Shown here: one piece after another, positions 1 through 9,527 of the stretch
How positions within the stretch are numbered: the stretch's first letter is position 1
Layout: every line of letters begins with the position of its first letter
Translations under genes and position numbers: made by a program
Origin: an uncultured archaeon
GTDB taxonomy: Archaea > Asgardarchaeota > Heimdallarchaeia > Heimdallarchaeales > Kariarchaeaceae
Reading direction: 5' to 3'
Length of the DNA: 64,000 nt
NCBI GenBank assembly: GCA_964645535.1
Contig: CAZYCQ010000010.1
Location: 1-64,000, forward strand
Notes under the pieces: model-generated
What the model was told of the DNA's origin: nothing
Database searches by the model: none
The model's input: only the letters and a program-made list of their open reading frames with translations

Positions 1-922
1 AATTTATTTCTCCTTTTTTGGTGAAGTTGAGAAAAGAGAGGAAACTGTAGAAATTAAAATTCTCTCGAAACAATGTTGGTTCACCTTGAGCGAAGAATTC
101 TGTAAGACATTCTCTTCTACAAAGAGTAAATCTAAATTTCAGCATAATTGAAATAAACTGTTTTTCTTTATCGCAGGGATATTAAGAACTTCTAGCATTG
201 CGATGTAATCCTTGCATGTCTTTGCAGTTTTTTTAGATTTTTTTGAGTTCTAAAGTATTAAGTCTTGATTTATTGAATTTAATCTTTTTTCTTAGAAGGA
301 TTTAATCTTGCTGTACCAACTTTCCAGCCCAATATCAACACACCGTATTTTGAATGAATGTCCACTTAATAACTTTCAATTCTTTTACAAGACGATGAAA
401 TCATTTTTTCTTATCTTCTTATTCCAATTGGCATCAGAATTTATGGCAATAAGTATATCAAAATAATTTGATGTAACAGAATTGATAATCTTATTGCAAT
501 TTTTCTTTTTCATGTTTTTTTCATAGCAAAAAAGATTAACATTGGCCAAGCTAGGAAACGATGAAATCAAAAAAATTCGACCTGTCTTTTCTTTTACAAA
601 GATGAAAATTTGTTTGTTCCCATTCATTTCTCGAATGTTGTTGACTGCAGAGTTCTTTTTGGCATTTTCGACTATGCAGTTTCTTCTCAATACCCTCATC
701 TGCTTGTTAGGATAAATAACTGGGAAAATACAAAATTGATAACAATGATGTCTTCTTTACAAATTTTTTATAATTAAGAAATTTTTGTGTATTAGACTTT
801 TTGATGTTTTTGCAAAAAATCCAATTTCGATTGACAATTGTAATTTGATTGAAAATCTATTAGTCAAGGCTTGAGAGTTGGGATGTTAATTGGGGAAATT
901 CTTGAGAAATCATGATAATTGC

Positions 923-1828
923 TTATTCTCCAAGAAGGTTTTTGAGGTCTTCTTCTGTAAATTCAGGAAAGAGAATAAGAAGGACCTTTCTTTTCAGTTC
1001 ATTGCTGGGTCGCATTTCATTTGAAATATTGCTGAGCAAGTCAATAAGCAAATTTTCTTTTATTTCTGTTTTTTCAAGCTGAAGAACATCGAAAAAAGCG
1101 TTCCAACCGATTTCATTGATGATCTGTTTGATTCCGATTTCTTCAGCCACTCGTTTGATTCCAATTGTTTCAACAGCCGCTTTAATATTTAAAGACATCG
1201 GATCAATGGGTCTGTCAAGTTTATTCGCGATAGTCAACAGTTTTTCGCCATATAGAAAATATCCTATAGAATTGATAAAACTATCGTCATTTTGGATAGA
1301 ACGTTCAAAAGTTTGTTCAATGGATTTTTGGCTTCCGAAGAGGCCTAACCAATATGTGTCTTCATTTTTGGTCAGGTCATCAATTTTGAGAACAAGGAAA
1401 TGAGGGAGGTTTTTTCCATCTCCTTCGTAAATTCCTGGTTCTCTTTCCTTAAGATTGAATTCCTGCCTTATTATTTTTGGAATGTTTAATTTTCCTCCAA
1501 GTATCATGACACAAGAACCATGATGATGGTTCAATTTTAAATTGACTTTTGATTTTTTTCCATATCCATGAGTTGTTGAGATATATGTGAAGAATTTCCC
1601 TGCTAGGTCATTAAAATTTCCCGCAGATACCTTGTCTCGATTGCTTTTGAATTCACCTATCAAGAACAGCTTGGCTCTTTGGAAAGGAAATGGCTTGGTC
1701 TTTAGATCCTGAATCATGAAATCGATTTGTTGATTGGAAACACTCAGTTCAACCCCAACATCAACTTTGATTCCCTTTTCTCCAAGTTTTAATTTAAGGA
1801 TATTTTTGAATGAGAGATCCCACGCCAT
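923..1828 (-). CDS. PD-(D/E)XK nuclease-fold protein, Rpn/ISNCY transposase-like, with C-terminal 9-aa IG repeats
   Basis: QIDFMI...IGEFKS (D...ExK), PGIY, W-L-x-L-F; C-terminal IGIKRVAEE/IGIKQIINE/IGWNAFFDV. Confidence 0.55.
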   Translation of the reverse strand: MAWDLSFKNILKLKLGEKGIKVDVGVELSVSNQQIDFMIQDLKTKPFPFQRAKLFLIGEFKSNRDKVSAGNFNDLAGKFFTYISTTHGYGKKSKVNLKLNHHHGSCVMILGGKLNIPKIIRQEFNLKEREPGIYEGDGKNLPHFLVLKIDDLTKNEDTYWLGLFGSQKSIEQTFERSIQNDDSFINSIGYFLYGEKLLTIANKLDRPIDPMSLNIKAAVETIGIKRVAEEIGIKQIINEIGWNAFFDVLQLEKTEIKENLLIDLLSNISNEMRPSNELKRKVLLILFPEFTEEDLKNLLGE

Positions 1829-2005
1829 AATATTGCAATATTGTATTTGATAGGGGGATTAAATATTTACGTAAATCAATTACCAAGAAATTCAATGATA
1901 TGAATGACTGGCTAATGAATATTTTATCAGAATCTTTGTCTCATTTTCCAGCATTCAATGGTTGATTTCGCGTTACATATATCTTGATACGGATTTCATA
2001 AGTTA

Positions 2006-3166
2006 TTGAAGAAAAGACATTCCGTATTTGCCATTTCAATTCTTTTTGGCTTGAATTCCCTGTTTGCGGATATCCTTTATGAAGGTGCAAGATCCGTTAT
2101 TCCTCCATATCTTCAGGAATTTGGTCTTAGTCTTGTTGCAGTTGGCTTTATCGTTGGTCTTGCTGAGTTCATTGGGTATGCTGTAAGATTGCTCTCTGGT
2201 TATTTTTTGGATCGTTGGAAACTTTACTGGACTTTTCTTGTTATCGGTTATCTTGGAACGATTACAGTGCCATTGATGGGAATGGTCACGGCAACGGAAA
2301 GCTTGGTTCTTCTGATTTTTCTGGAACGTATTGCAAAAGGCATTAGATCTCCTGCAAAGAGTACCATCATTTCTGTTTTGGTTATTCCTGAAGAAAGGGG
2401 GAAAGCCTTTGGGATGATTGAGGTATTGGATGAGCTCGGAGCAATGCTTGGTCCCTTTATTCTTTTTTTGGTCTTTTTAATGGGAAATGGGATCTCGTTT
2501 GGTCTAAGAGTTATGTTCATATTCTATGTTGGGGTACTTGCACTTCAGTTGTTTCTTCCATATTTTTTGTATGGGCAGTTCAGGGAAGGGCTCAAGACTG
2601 CCGAATCACTCACAGATCCTGAAATGGAAGGTTCTTTGGGCTCTTCATATTGGAGATTTGTCATTTCCATCTCGGTCAGTTTCATGTTCACCTTTCCTAT
2701 TGCAATAAATTTGGTTTTGAGTTCCGATTTTCTTCCCTTGTGGAATATTCCTTTGCTTTACTTGGCAGTTCATTTGAGTGATATGCTTTCAGCAGGGATA
2801 TTTGGTCGGCTTTACAGAAAAACCAATTTATGGGTGCTTTACTTTCCATTTATTTTGAGTCCCATAACACTGATTCTCCTTTTGTCCAAGACTGAATTTT
2901 CTGTATTTGTGTCTGCCCTTGCATTGGGTTCTATTTTGGGTATCCATGAATCTGCGGTTCGTGCAAGGATTTCTGATCTTTCTCCAACAGGAAGCCGAGG
3001 TCGAGGGTTTGGAATTTTCTATTTTGCAATGGGTATTTCCTCATTTCTTTCCAATTTTCTGTTTTCATTGATTGAAACCTCTCCATTGAGCTGGCTTTTC
3101 GGAATTGGTGCAATCATGGTGCAGGTCTTTGCTCTTCGTTCAATCATGGGTCAACCTACGCAATAA
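2006..3166 (+). CDS. MFS transporter
   Basis: About 12 hydrophobic segments; GYFLDRW motif A, LERIAKGIRSPA, ERGKAFG, RGRGFG. Confidence 0.9.
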   Translation: MKKRHSVFAISILFGLNSLFADILYEGARSVIPPYLQEFGLSLVAVGFIVGLAEFIGYAVRLLSGYFLDRWKLYWTFLVIGYLGTITVPLMGMVTATESLVLLIFLERIAKGIRSPAKSTIISVLVIPEERGKAFGMIEVLDELGAMLGPFILFLVFLMGNGISFGLRVMFIFYVGVLALQLFLPYFLYGQFREGLKTAESLTDPEMEGSLGSSYWRFVISISVSFMFTFPIAINLVLSSDFLPLWNIPLLYLAVHLSDMLSAGIFGRLYRKTNLWVLYFPFILSPITLILLLSKTEFSVFVSALALGSILGIHESAVRARISDLSPTGSRGRGFGIFYFAMGISSFLSNFLFSLIETSPLSWLFGIGAIMVQVFALRSIMGQPTQ

Positions 3167-3204
3167 GCTAGTGTTTATTATCAGCAAGTCCCATTCTCGA
3201 AAGG

Positions 3205-4155
3205 ATGGCAATCATTGAACTGGCTAAATCAGGACGGGCAACATGCAGAACCTGCAAGGGTAAGATTGAAAAGGATACTCCACGTGTTGGGGTGGAAAAT
3301 GTTTTTCGAAAAGATGGAAAGGAGTATATTAGCTATAAATGGCATCATTTTGATTGTGCTCTTTCAAAGATTCCTGAAATAGTGGCTGAAGCAGATGGGT
3401 ATGAAATTCTCTCAAGAGAAGACAGGAAGCGTTTTGATGAGTTGATTGAGTCACTTAATCGTTCCCCAACTGATTTTATTCCCATAAATGAGGTATCAAT
3501 TGACCATCCTCGTGGTAATTTTGTGGGCCATGTAGTTCGTGTCTTTGGATCTCGTGATCTTGAAACCCCTGACGGTGAGGTTAGGGAAGGACGGATTGTT
3601 CAGTTACAAAACGCTGATAGACGTGTCAAGATCATTGTATGGGAAACGAAACGAGAAATTACAAAAGGTGACACCATGTATATCATCAATGGAGAAGTTA
3701 TGATAGGTGAAGATGGTAATCCTGTGATTCATGTCGGTCTTGCGGAGGGTTCCCATTTCTCATTGAATGACAAACCAAAAATCAAAATTGTTGAGAAATT
3801 TATTTCCAATGCTTGGGAACGCCCTCCGAAAAAAGTCTGCAAATTCACTCTTGCCAAATCAAGTCGTGCCACTTGCCCAGTTTGTGAGGAACCTATTGCC
3901 AAGGGTTCTGTCAAGGTGATCCAACCCATCTGGATAACCAATGAGGATAGCAATGCCAATTTTGCAGGAGACCGGAGCTTCCATCCTGTTTGTGTGGAAA
4001 AGGCAGAACATGGCAAGGAAATCATGTTGGAAGCCATTACTCATCTTACCCTTAACGATCTTGAATCCCATGACTCCTTTCTTAGGCAATTGCTTGATCA
4101 ATTGGAAAGTCTTGAATTAAAGTCAACGTTGCAACAGGTTTTGGGCTTGACGTGA
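3205..4155 (+). CDS. PARP-type zinc finger / OB-fold / PARP-type zinc finger protein
   Basis: ELAKSGRATCRTC...KWHHFDC and TLAKSSRATCPVC...FHPVC; central RPA/SSB-like segment GHVVRVFGSR...VKIIVW...KGDTMYIING. Confidence 0.8.
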   Translation: MAIIELAKSGRATCRTCKGKIEKDTPRVGVENVFRKDGKEYISYKWHHFDCALSKIPEIVAEADGYEILSREDRKRFDELIESLNRSPTDFIPINEVSIDHPRGNFVGHVVRVFGSRDLETPDGEVREGRIVQLQNADRRVKIIVWETKREITKGDTMYIINGEVMIGEDGNPVIHVGLAEGSHFSLNDKPKIKIVEKFISNAWERPPKKVCKFTLAKSSRATCPVCEEPIAKGSVKVIQPIWITNEDSNANFAGDRSFHPVCVEKAEHGKEIMLEAITHLTLNDLESHDSFLRQLLDQLESLELKSTLQQVLGLT

Positions 4156-4185
4156 CCTTTATAGTCTATTTCCATATTTTAACCT

Positions 4186-4845
4186 ATGAACGACCATGTT
4201 CCTCTTTCATATACAAAAGTTGAACCTGATGAGACCAGAAAAAGAGCCGAGGAATTTTATGAACTAATGCGGACGCGTCGATCAGTTCGTTTTTTCAGCA
4301 ATGAACCAGTTCCTGAAGAAACAATCCAGTATTTGGTTGCTACTGCTGCCCGTGCACCAAGTGGTGCCAATAAGCAGCCTTGGACTTTTGTGGTGGTGAA
4401 AGACCCTAAAGTCAAGCGTGAGATCCGTATTGCGGCAGAACAAGAAGAAAAGATCTCATATGAGACACGCATGACTGAGGAATGGCTTGCAGATTTGGCT
4501 CCATTGGGAACAGATTGGCACAAACCTTTTTTGGAAACGGCGCCTTATTTGATCATTCCCTTCAAACAACTGTATGGGATTGATTCAACTGGAAAAAAGA
4601 GGAAACATTATTATGTCAACGAATCAATAGGCATCGCCATCGGGATGCTCATTGCCGCCATTCATTATTGTGGCTTGGTGACGTTGACCCACACACCCAG
4701 TCCAATGAATTTCCTGAGGAAAATTTTGAAAAGACCTGAAAATGAGAGACCTGTGGTTGTCTTACCTGTCGGCTATCCTGCAGAGGACGCTACCGTCCCT
4801 AATCTACAGAAAAAAGCTCTTGACGAAGTGATGAAAGTAATTTGA
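4186..4845 (+). CDS. Iodotyrosine deiodinase-like nitroreductase (FMN)
   Basis: RRSVRFF, APSGANKQPW, AAEQEEKISYETRM, TDWHKPFL, GLVTLTHTP. Confidence 0.85.
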   Translation: MNDHVPLSYTKVEPDETRKRAEEFYELMRTRRSVRFFSNEPVPEETIQYLVATAARAPSGANKQPWTFVVVKDPKVKREIRIAAEQEEKISYETRMTEEWLADLAPLGTDWHKPFLETAPYLIIPFKQLYGIDSTGKKRKHYYVNESIGIAIGMLIAAIHYCGLVTLTHTPSPMNFLRKILKRPENERPVVVLPVGYPAEDATVPNLQKKALDEVMKVI

Positions 4846-4854
4846 ACAGTTATT

Positions 4855-5136
4855 TTATTTTTTCTTGAGATTTTCGAGAATATCGGTGTCAATAGTCTGG
4901 ACTTTGGGCTTTGCGTTGAGGGTCTTTCCGATGGAATTGTCAGGAGTAGCCTCAATGTCCTGATGTGTCCGATCAAAGTCGGCCTTGGTCGCTTTGCCGA
5001 TGCATTCCGAGATAACCTTATCTCCGATTCTTCGGCTCTTATACCAGTAGTAGTAATCCTTTTGTTTTACTACCCCGGATTTGTTTTTCCATGTGCGAGT
5101 TATCTTTCGTACATAAACCATGATATCAAACTCCAT
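4855..5136 (-). CDS. Small basic protein resembling the N-terminal beta domain of IS1634-type transposases or mobile-element DNA-binding proteins
   Basis: YVRKITR...KDYYYWYKSRRIGDKVISECIGK; start moved to ATG 5136 (5121 is an alternative). Confidence 0.5.
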   Translation of the reverse strand: MEFDIMVYVRKITRTWKNKSGVVKQKDYYYWYKSRRIGDKVISECIGKATKADFDRTHQDIEATPDNSIGKTLNAKPKVQTIDTDILENLKKK

Positions 5137-5536
5137 TGTTTGGTTCAAGTCCTCTCGAGCCTTTCGCCGCGAAGGTCTTGAGCTATTATTATAAGAAATT
5201 TCATGTAATTTAAAAGTTACCTTTGAAGGGAAAAACAAGGTTTCGATTTTTCACACTTATTCCACACCTCTGACTTTGAGAACGGGTTTGAGACCGATTT
5301 TATGTACAAAGTTAAAGCCTAATTATGTGATGAAAAATTGATTTTGCCACAATCCGTTGGGGAAAATTTCCTTCCTCTATGGAATTTGGAGTGAATGTGG
5401 ATTTCCAATACATCACCTCCCCAACTGAAAAAATTTGTTGTCGGTTTAATTGGCGCTTATCAGCATGTTTTTCTTAGGTCTAAGAATTTTTCTCCTTCAG
5501 TCTAAACATAAGAAATAAATTAGATATGATGTTTCA

Positions 5537-6010
5537 ATGCCTATGGGCATTTCAGAGGCATCACCTCTTGCAATCACTGGCTTCATCACTATTTTTTTAG
5601 GTTTTTTGGTGCTACTGTCGGGAATCCTGATGGCAAAACGAAAGGACTATTCAAAGCACAAAAACCTCATGTTATCTGCTGCATTCATTAATTCCGTTTT
5701 TATCATGCTTTATGTTGTTCGATTTCTGACAGGCGATGAAACCCATTTTCAAGGGCCTTCAGTTATTCGGAATTTTGTATATTATCCTATTTTGATAGTT
5801 CATATCCTGTTTGCCCTTATCTCTATTTATCTCATTTTCAATCATTTGAAAGCAACCTATTCGCATGTCCAATGGCAGGAAAAGAATCCCTATTTCGGAA
5901 AGGATTATCGTAACATTCATCGTAGATATGGTCGGATCACGTTCTTTTTCTGGTTTACATCCTATATTGGGGGCATCACCGTATTCATTATGTTGTATAT
6001 CCTATTTTGA
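5537..6010 (+). CDS. DUF420 family membrane protein
   Basis: 4 TM; HKNLM, YYPILIVHILFA, HRRYGRITF, GITVFIMLY. Confidence 0.85.
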   Translation: MPMGISEASPLAITGFITIFLGFLVLLSGILMAKRKDYSKHKNLMLSAAFINSVFIMLYVVRFLTGDETHFQGPSVIRNFVYYPILIVHILFALISIYLIFNHLKATYSHVQWQEKNPYFGKDYRNIHRRYGRITFFFWFTSYIGGITVFIMLYILF

Positions 6011-7774
6011 TTTGCCTATGGTAAGTGTTTTTGCCAGTTCCTGAATTTCTTCAACCGTTGAAACACCTTCAGGAACTGATTTGTCGTCTCTTCTGTTTCC
6101 GGTATATCTTGGAAAACGAAGTGAAAGAAAATCTCCTGTCGGCGAAGGGACGGAATGGACTGGTGATTCTGTAATTTCAGCGGCTGCCACTTCCAAAATG
6201 ATTTTTGGTTTTACCCAGATGTCGGGTACCAGATTGGAGATTACATCTTTTGGTTTTGTCGGAACCTTTAACGACTCCATTTCATTTGTCAATTGTTCCA
6301 TATCCTGTTCGGTCAGTCCAGCCCCGAGCCTACATATCGTTCGATAAACCTCTTCCTGTTCATCATAGACAGCCATGAGAAGGGTTCCGTAAAATCCTGC
6401 ACGTTTGCCTTTTCCTTTCCAACCTCCTACAATAACAAGATCCAAGGTATCCCCGATAGTTTCAGTATAATCTGCCTTGTATTTCATCCAGAGAAATGAT
6501 CGTTTTCCAGGTTCATAAACTGAGTTTTCACCAATGGATTTCACCATTATTCCTTCAAGCTTACGGTTTTTGGCTTCAAGCAAGGATTCATCTATGTCTT
6601 CTGGAGTTGAACATGCCCATGATGGGCTGATCTCAAACAAATTCTGTGGAGGCAAGATTTTTCGTAGAAGGTCAACTCGTTCTTTAAGCGGCTTATTCAT
6701 GAGATTCTGATTGTCTGCATAGAGGATATCAAACACAAAGACCTTGACTTCCACTTCTTTTTGTATCTCTTTTATTCCATAGACTCTTCTTCTGTTGGTT
6801 AATTTCTGGAAACTTTCCATCTCTCCTGTTTGGGAATTATAGGCAACAATCTCTCCATCAAGAATTGCCGAATGATCTCCTAGGGCTTCCTTGATTCCAT
6901 CGATCACTTCAGGAAAGATTGAATTATATGATTCCTCGTTTCTTGACCAAAGGTTAACTGATTGTGGAGAATAATGTATCTGTATCCTGAAGCCATCATA
7001 TTTAGTCTCAATTTGGCATTGTCCTTCCATCCTCTCCCAGATATCTGTTGCCGTGGTTGCACGTTGTGGAAGCATTGGCATGATTGGAATTCCCACTTTT
7101 GGATTCTTCAGCTCTTCAATTCCTGTTTTGCCTTCTTTTAAAGCGGTTTGAATGACCAAGCCTGTATTGCTCCTTACTGCAAAAGCAGTATCAAGCTCTT
7201 CAATAGAGATTCCCGTTACATTGGAAGTGGCATCCAGCCATGTGGAATCTTTTGCCCCAAGCCTCATTTTTCCAACAAGGGTTCTGACAAGATATTTCCT
7301 TTCTAAAGGACTCATGTCCCGAAGAAGGTTAACTGCAATGTTGGTTTTTTTGTTTTCGGAATCTTTTCCTGAAACAGAAGCTATTTTTTCAAGCTCATTC
7401 CAAACCTCGAGAATTGTCCAAATTTTACTTTCTGTTTTATTGTCAAAGAATGAATCCAAGGTTGTTTGCTTGCCTTTATCCTCCAAATTTTGGATTATGT
7501 CGCCCAAATCTCCAATAACTTTGAACTGTTCCTCAATTTCATCAAGGGGGTGGGCAGTAAGGGATGCAAGAATCTTCATTACCTGTCGTTCCTGAAGACC
7601 TAGAACCAGCATGTCATATTTCGGTCCCAACTCACCAGTGGAAAGATAAATTGCAGGGGGAATCTCTTCAAGAAGGAGTTCCGAGAGGAGTTCCTCTAAA
7701 ATGGCGGTCATTTCAAGTCTTTTGGAGGTTCTCTCTATTCTTGCAAACCAGTCACAGAGTGTTCTGAATTCCAC
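6002..7774 (-). CDS. lig: ATP-dependent DNA ligase
   Basis: KYDGFR motif I, LDGEIV, EGIMVK, WMKYK, DLVIVGG, LRFPR; probable GTG start 7774 with TTTTATAT box upstream (ORF track start 7846). Confidence 0.97.
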   Translation of the reverse strand: MEFRTLCDWFARIERTSKRLEMTAILEELLSELLLEEIPPAIYLSTGELGPKYDMLVLGLQERQVMKILASLTAHPLDEIEEQFKVIGDLGDIIQNLEDKGKQTTLDSFFDNKTESKIWTILEVWNELEKIASVSGKDSENKKTNIAVNLLRDMSPLERKYLVRTLVGKMRLGAKDSTWLDATSNVTGISIEELDTAFAVRSNTGLVIQTALKEGKTGIEELKNPKVGIPIMPMLPQRATTATDIWERMEGQCQIETKYDGFRIQIHYSPQSVNLWSRNEESYNSIFPEVIDGIKEALGDHSAILDGEIVAYNSQTGEMESFQKLTNRRRVYGIKEIQKEVEVKVFVFDILYADNQNLMNKPLKERVDLLRKILPPQNLFEISPSWACSTPEDIDESLLEAKNRKLEGIMVKSIGENSVYEPGKRSFLWMKYKADYTETIGDTLDLVIVGGWKGKGKRAGFYGTLLMAVYDEQEEVYRTICRLGAGLTEQDMEQLTNEMESLKVPTKPKDVISNLVPDIWVKPKIILEVAAAEITESPVHSVPSPTGDFLSLRFPRYTGNRRDDKSVPEGVSTVEEIQELAKTLTIGKSK

Positions 7775-7795
7775 AATCTGTCTTGGAATATAATC

Positions 7796-7866
7796 ATATA
7801 AAACAACCTGATAGACTTTGAACAATGATTCAAGGTTTTTGGTCATTAGATAATATCTTTATAAAG
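7796..7866. promoter_or_regulatory. Divergent archaeal TATA-box promoters for lig and the GIFT gene
   Basis: TTTTATAT on the minus strand ~25 nt before GTG 7774; TTTATAAA at 7858 before ATG 7889. Confidence 0.55.
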
Positions 7867-7888
7867 TGGAAGAGGCAAATAGCTTATA

Positions 7889-8914
7889 ATGAAAAAAGTG
7901 AGGCAGGTGGGCTTTGATATCTCACAAGGCCAAGGGATTCTCCTGACAGAGAAATTCCAGAAGCTTCAATCCTATTTTATCTCTAATCGTTTTCTTGTCC
8001 AAACGCTTCGCAATAGGTTAGATCTTGAAAACCTCGATCAATTGGACCTCTTGGTCATTCTTTATACAACAGGTTGCAGATATTCGGAAATGGAGAAACG
8101 CGCGCTCATCAATTATGTCAGACAAGGTGGAAACCTCCTTCTACTTGCAGGTGAACTCAGGACAGAGGATGAAATTGATCGGTTAAATGAATTGGTTAAG
8201 GAATTTGGAATTCAATTCAAAGCGGGAGTCATCTATGATCCTTCATCCAATTTCAATCAGGATCCATCAACTATCTTGGTGATGCCGACAGATATTGTAC
8301 CAAATCCCCCTAGGGTAGACCATATCATCATGCAGAATGCCATAGCCATTACGACAAAACCCCAACAATCACTGCTGATCACCAGTCCTTCTGCATCAGG
8401 AGGAATGCAGACAACTTTGGCCAAATCCTGTGATGATCAACGGGGTAAGGTGATTGTTGTGGGTTCATTGTCAATATTTGAAGATTCAACCATTGGATTG
8501 CTGAATGAATCAAATAGGCTTTTGCTGAAGAAATATGTCGACTGGCTTGTAGGTGAATATGATCCGCTTAATGAACCTGTACTTACAGAACAAGAGGAGG
8601 AGACTCCCTCCAATGAACCGGAAACCGAAGATGAGATCCTTAGCGCGGCATCCCAGAAACTCATTGAAGATTTTATGAAAGAGGTGGATGTCGAGGAAAT
8701 CTCGTCTGAACTGGGAAAAGACAACTTCAATGTGGAAGACCTCACTGTAAGGATTTTAAGGGCTTTTCTTGCAAATGCCATTAAAGAAAGCAAGGAGATA
8801 GAAGCACGACGGTCTCGCCCAATCCTGACAATAGAGGGCATGGATCAGATTATGTTGATGCTCTACAATATCAACAAGACTTTGGAAAAAATAGCAGAAA
8901 GACAGGAGGAATGA
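7889..8914 (+). CDS. GIFT-domain (IFT52/GldG/DUF4350-like) protein with acidic helical C-terminal tail
   Basis: VGFDISQG, LDLLVIL...YSEMEKRALINYVRQGGNLLLL, LNELVKEFGI, GKVIVVGS..IF...N..L...VDWL. Confidence 0.75.
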   Translation: MKKVRQVGFDISQGQGILLTEKFQKLQSYFISNRFLVQTLRNRLDLENLDQLDLLVILYTTGCRYSEMEKRALINYVRQGGNLLLLAGELRTEDEIDRLNELVKEFGIQFKAGVIYDPSSNFNQDPSTILVMPTDIVPNPPRVDHIIMQNAIAITTKPQQSLLITSPSASGGMQTTLAKSCDDQRGKVIVVGSLSIFEDSTIGLLNESNRLLLKKYVDWLVGEYDPLNEPVLTEQEEETPSNEPETEDEILSAASQKLIEDFMKEVDVEEISSELGKDNFNVEDLTVRILRAFLANAIKESKEIEARRSRPILTIEGMDQIMLMLYNINKTLEKIAERQEE

Positions 8915-9478
8915 CTACTCCAGTGCCATAATCTCAAAGGAGGCAAGAAGTTCTGCCCTTTCCTTTAGTGATGTTGCCAACTCATTCACATTTTTCTGGA
9001 TAATCATGATCTCCTTTTCAATTTGTGCTGTTTCTTCCCTTTCAAACCTTTCCAGCACTGTTTTCATATGATTTTTGATATCTTCCGCCACCAATATCAT
9101 TTCTGATTCAATAATGTAGAGGACATTGATGTCAATCCATTCCTCAACTTTGGGACTGTCAAAGAAAGTTGAATGTCGATATACTTCGTCATTTGAAGCG
9201 GTCAGTATCCATTTCATTTCTTGCAGTCGTTTCGTGATCTGCTCACTTGCATGCCATGTCGAAAGGATTTGAAGCTGGAGCAGGTATCCTTTTATTCTTG
9301 AGAATATATCTATCAAATCCAGAAGTTGAGTATAAAGAAACTCCTTGAAAGCTTGATCAGTTTTCAGTCGTTCTTCCGGAGTTTCATAGGAAACATACCC
9401 TTTTACCTTTTGAACCATGGTCTTGTGAATATCACTACTGTAGGTTCGTTGTTTCTTCTTTCGTTTGAAAAATGACAC
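8915..9478 (-). CDS. Hypothetical helical protein
   Basis: 187-aa ORF, basic N-terminus, predicted helical bundle. Confidence 0.75.
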   Translation of the reverse strand: MSFFKRKKKQRTYSSDIHKTMVQKVKGYVSYETPEERLKTDQAFKEFLYTQLLDLIDIFSRIKGYLLQLQILSTWHASEQITKRLQEMKWILTASNDEVYRHSTFFDSPKVEEWIDINVLYIIESEMILVAEDIKNHMKTVLERFEREETAQIEKEIMIIQKNVNELATSLKERAELLASFEIMALE

Positions 9479-9527
9479 AAACCCGTTATGGCTTTCTCAT
9501 ATTTTAACATGTTTTTTTTTGGACAAT

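Noticed and set aside
385-699. 104-aa ORF
   Set aside because: Lys/Asn/Ile-biased translation of AT-rich DNA with no motif; likely spurious
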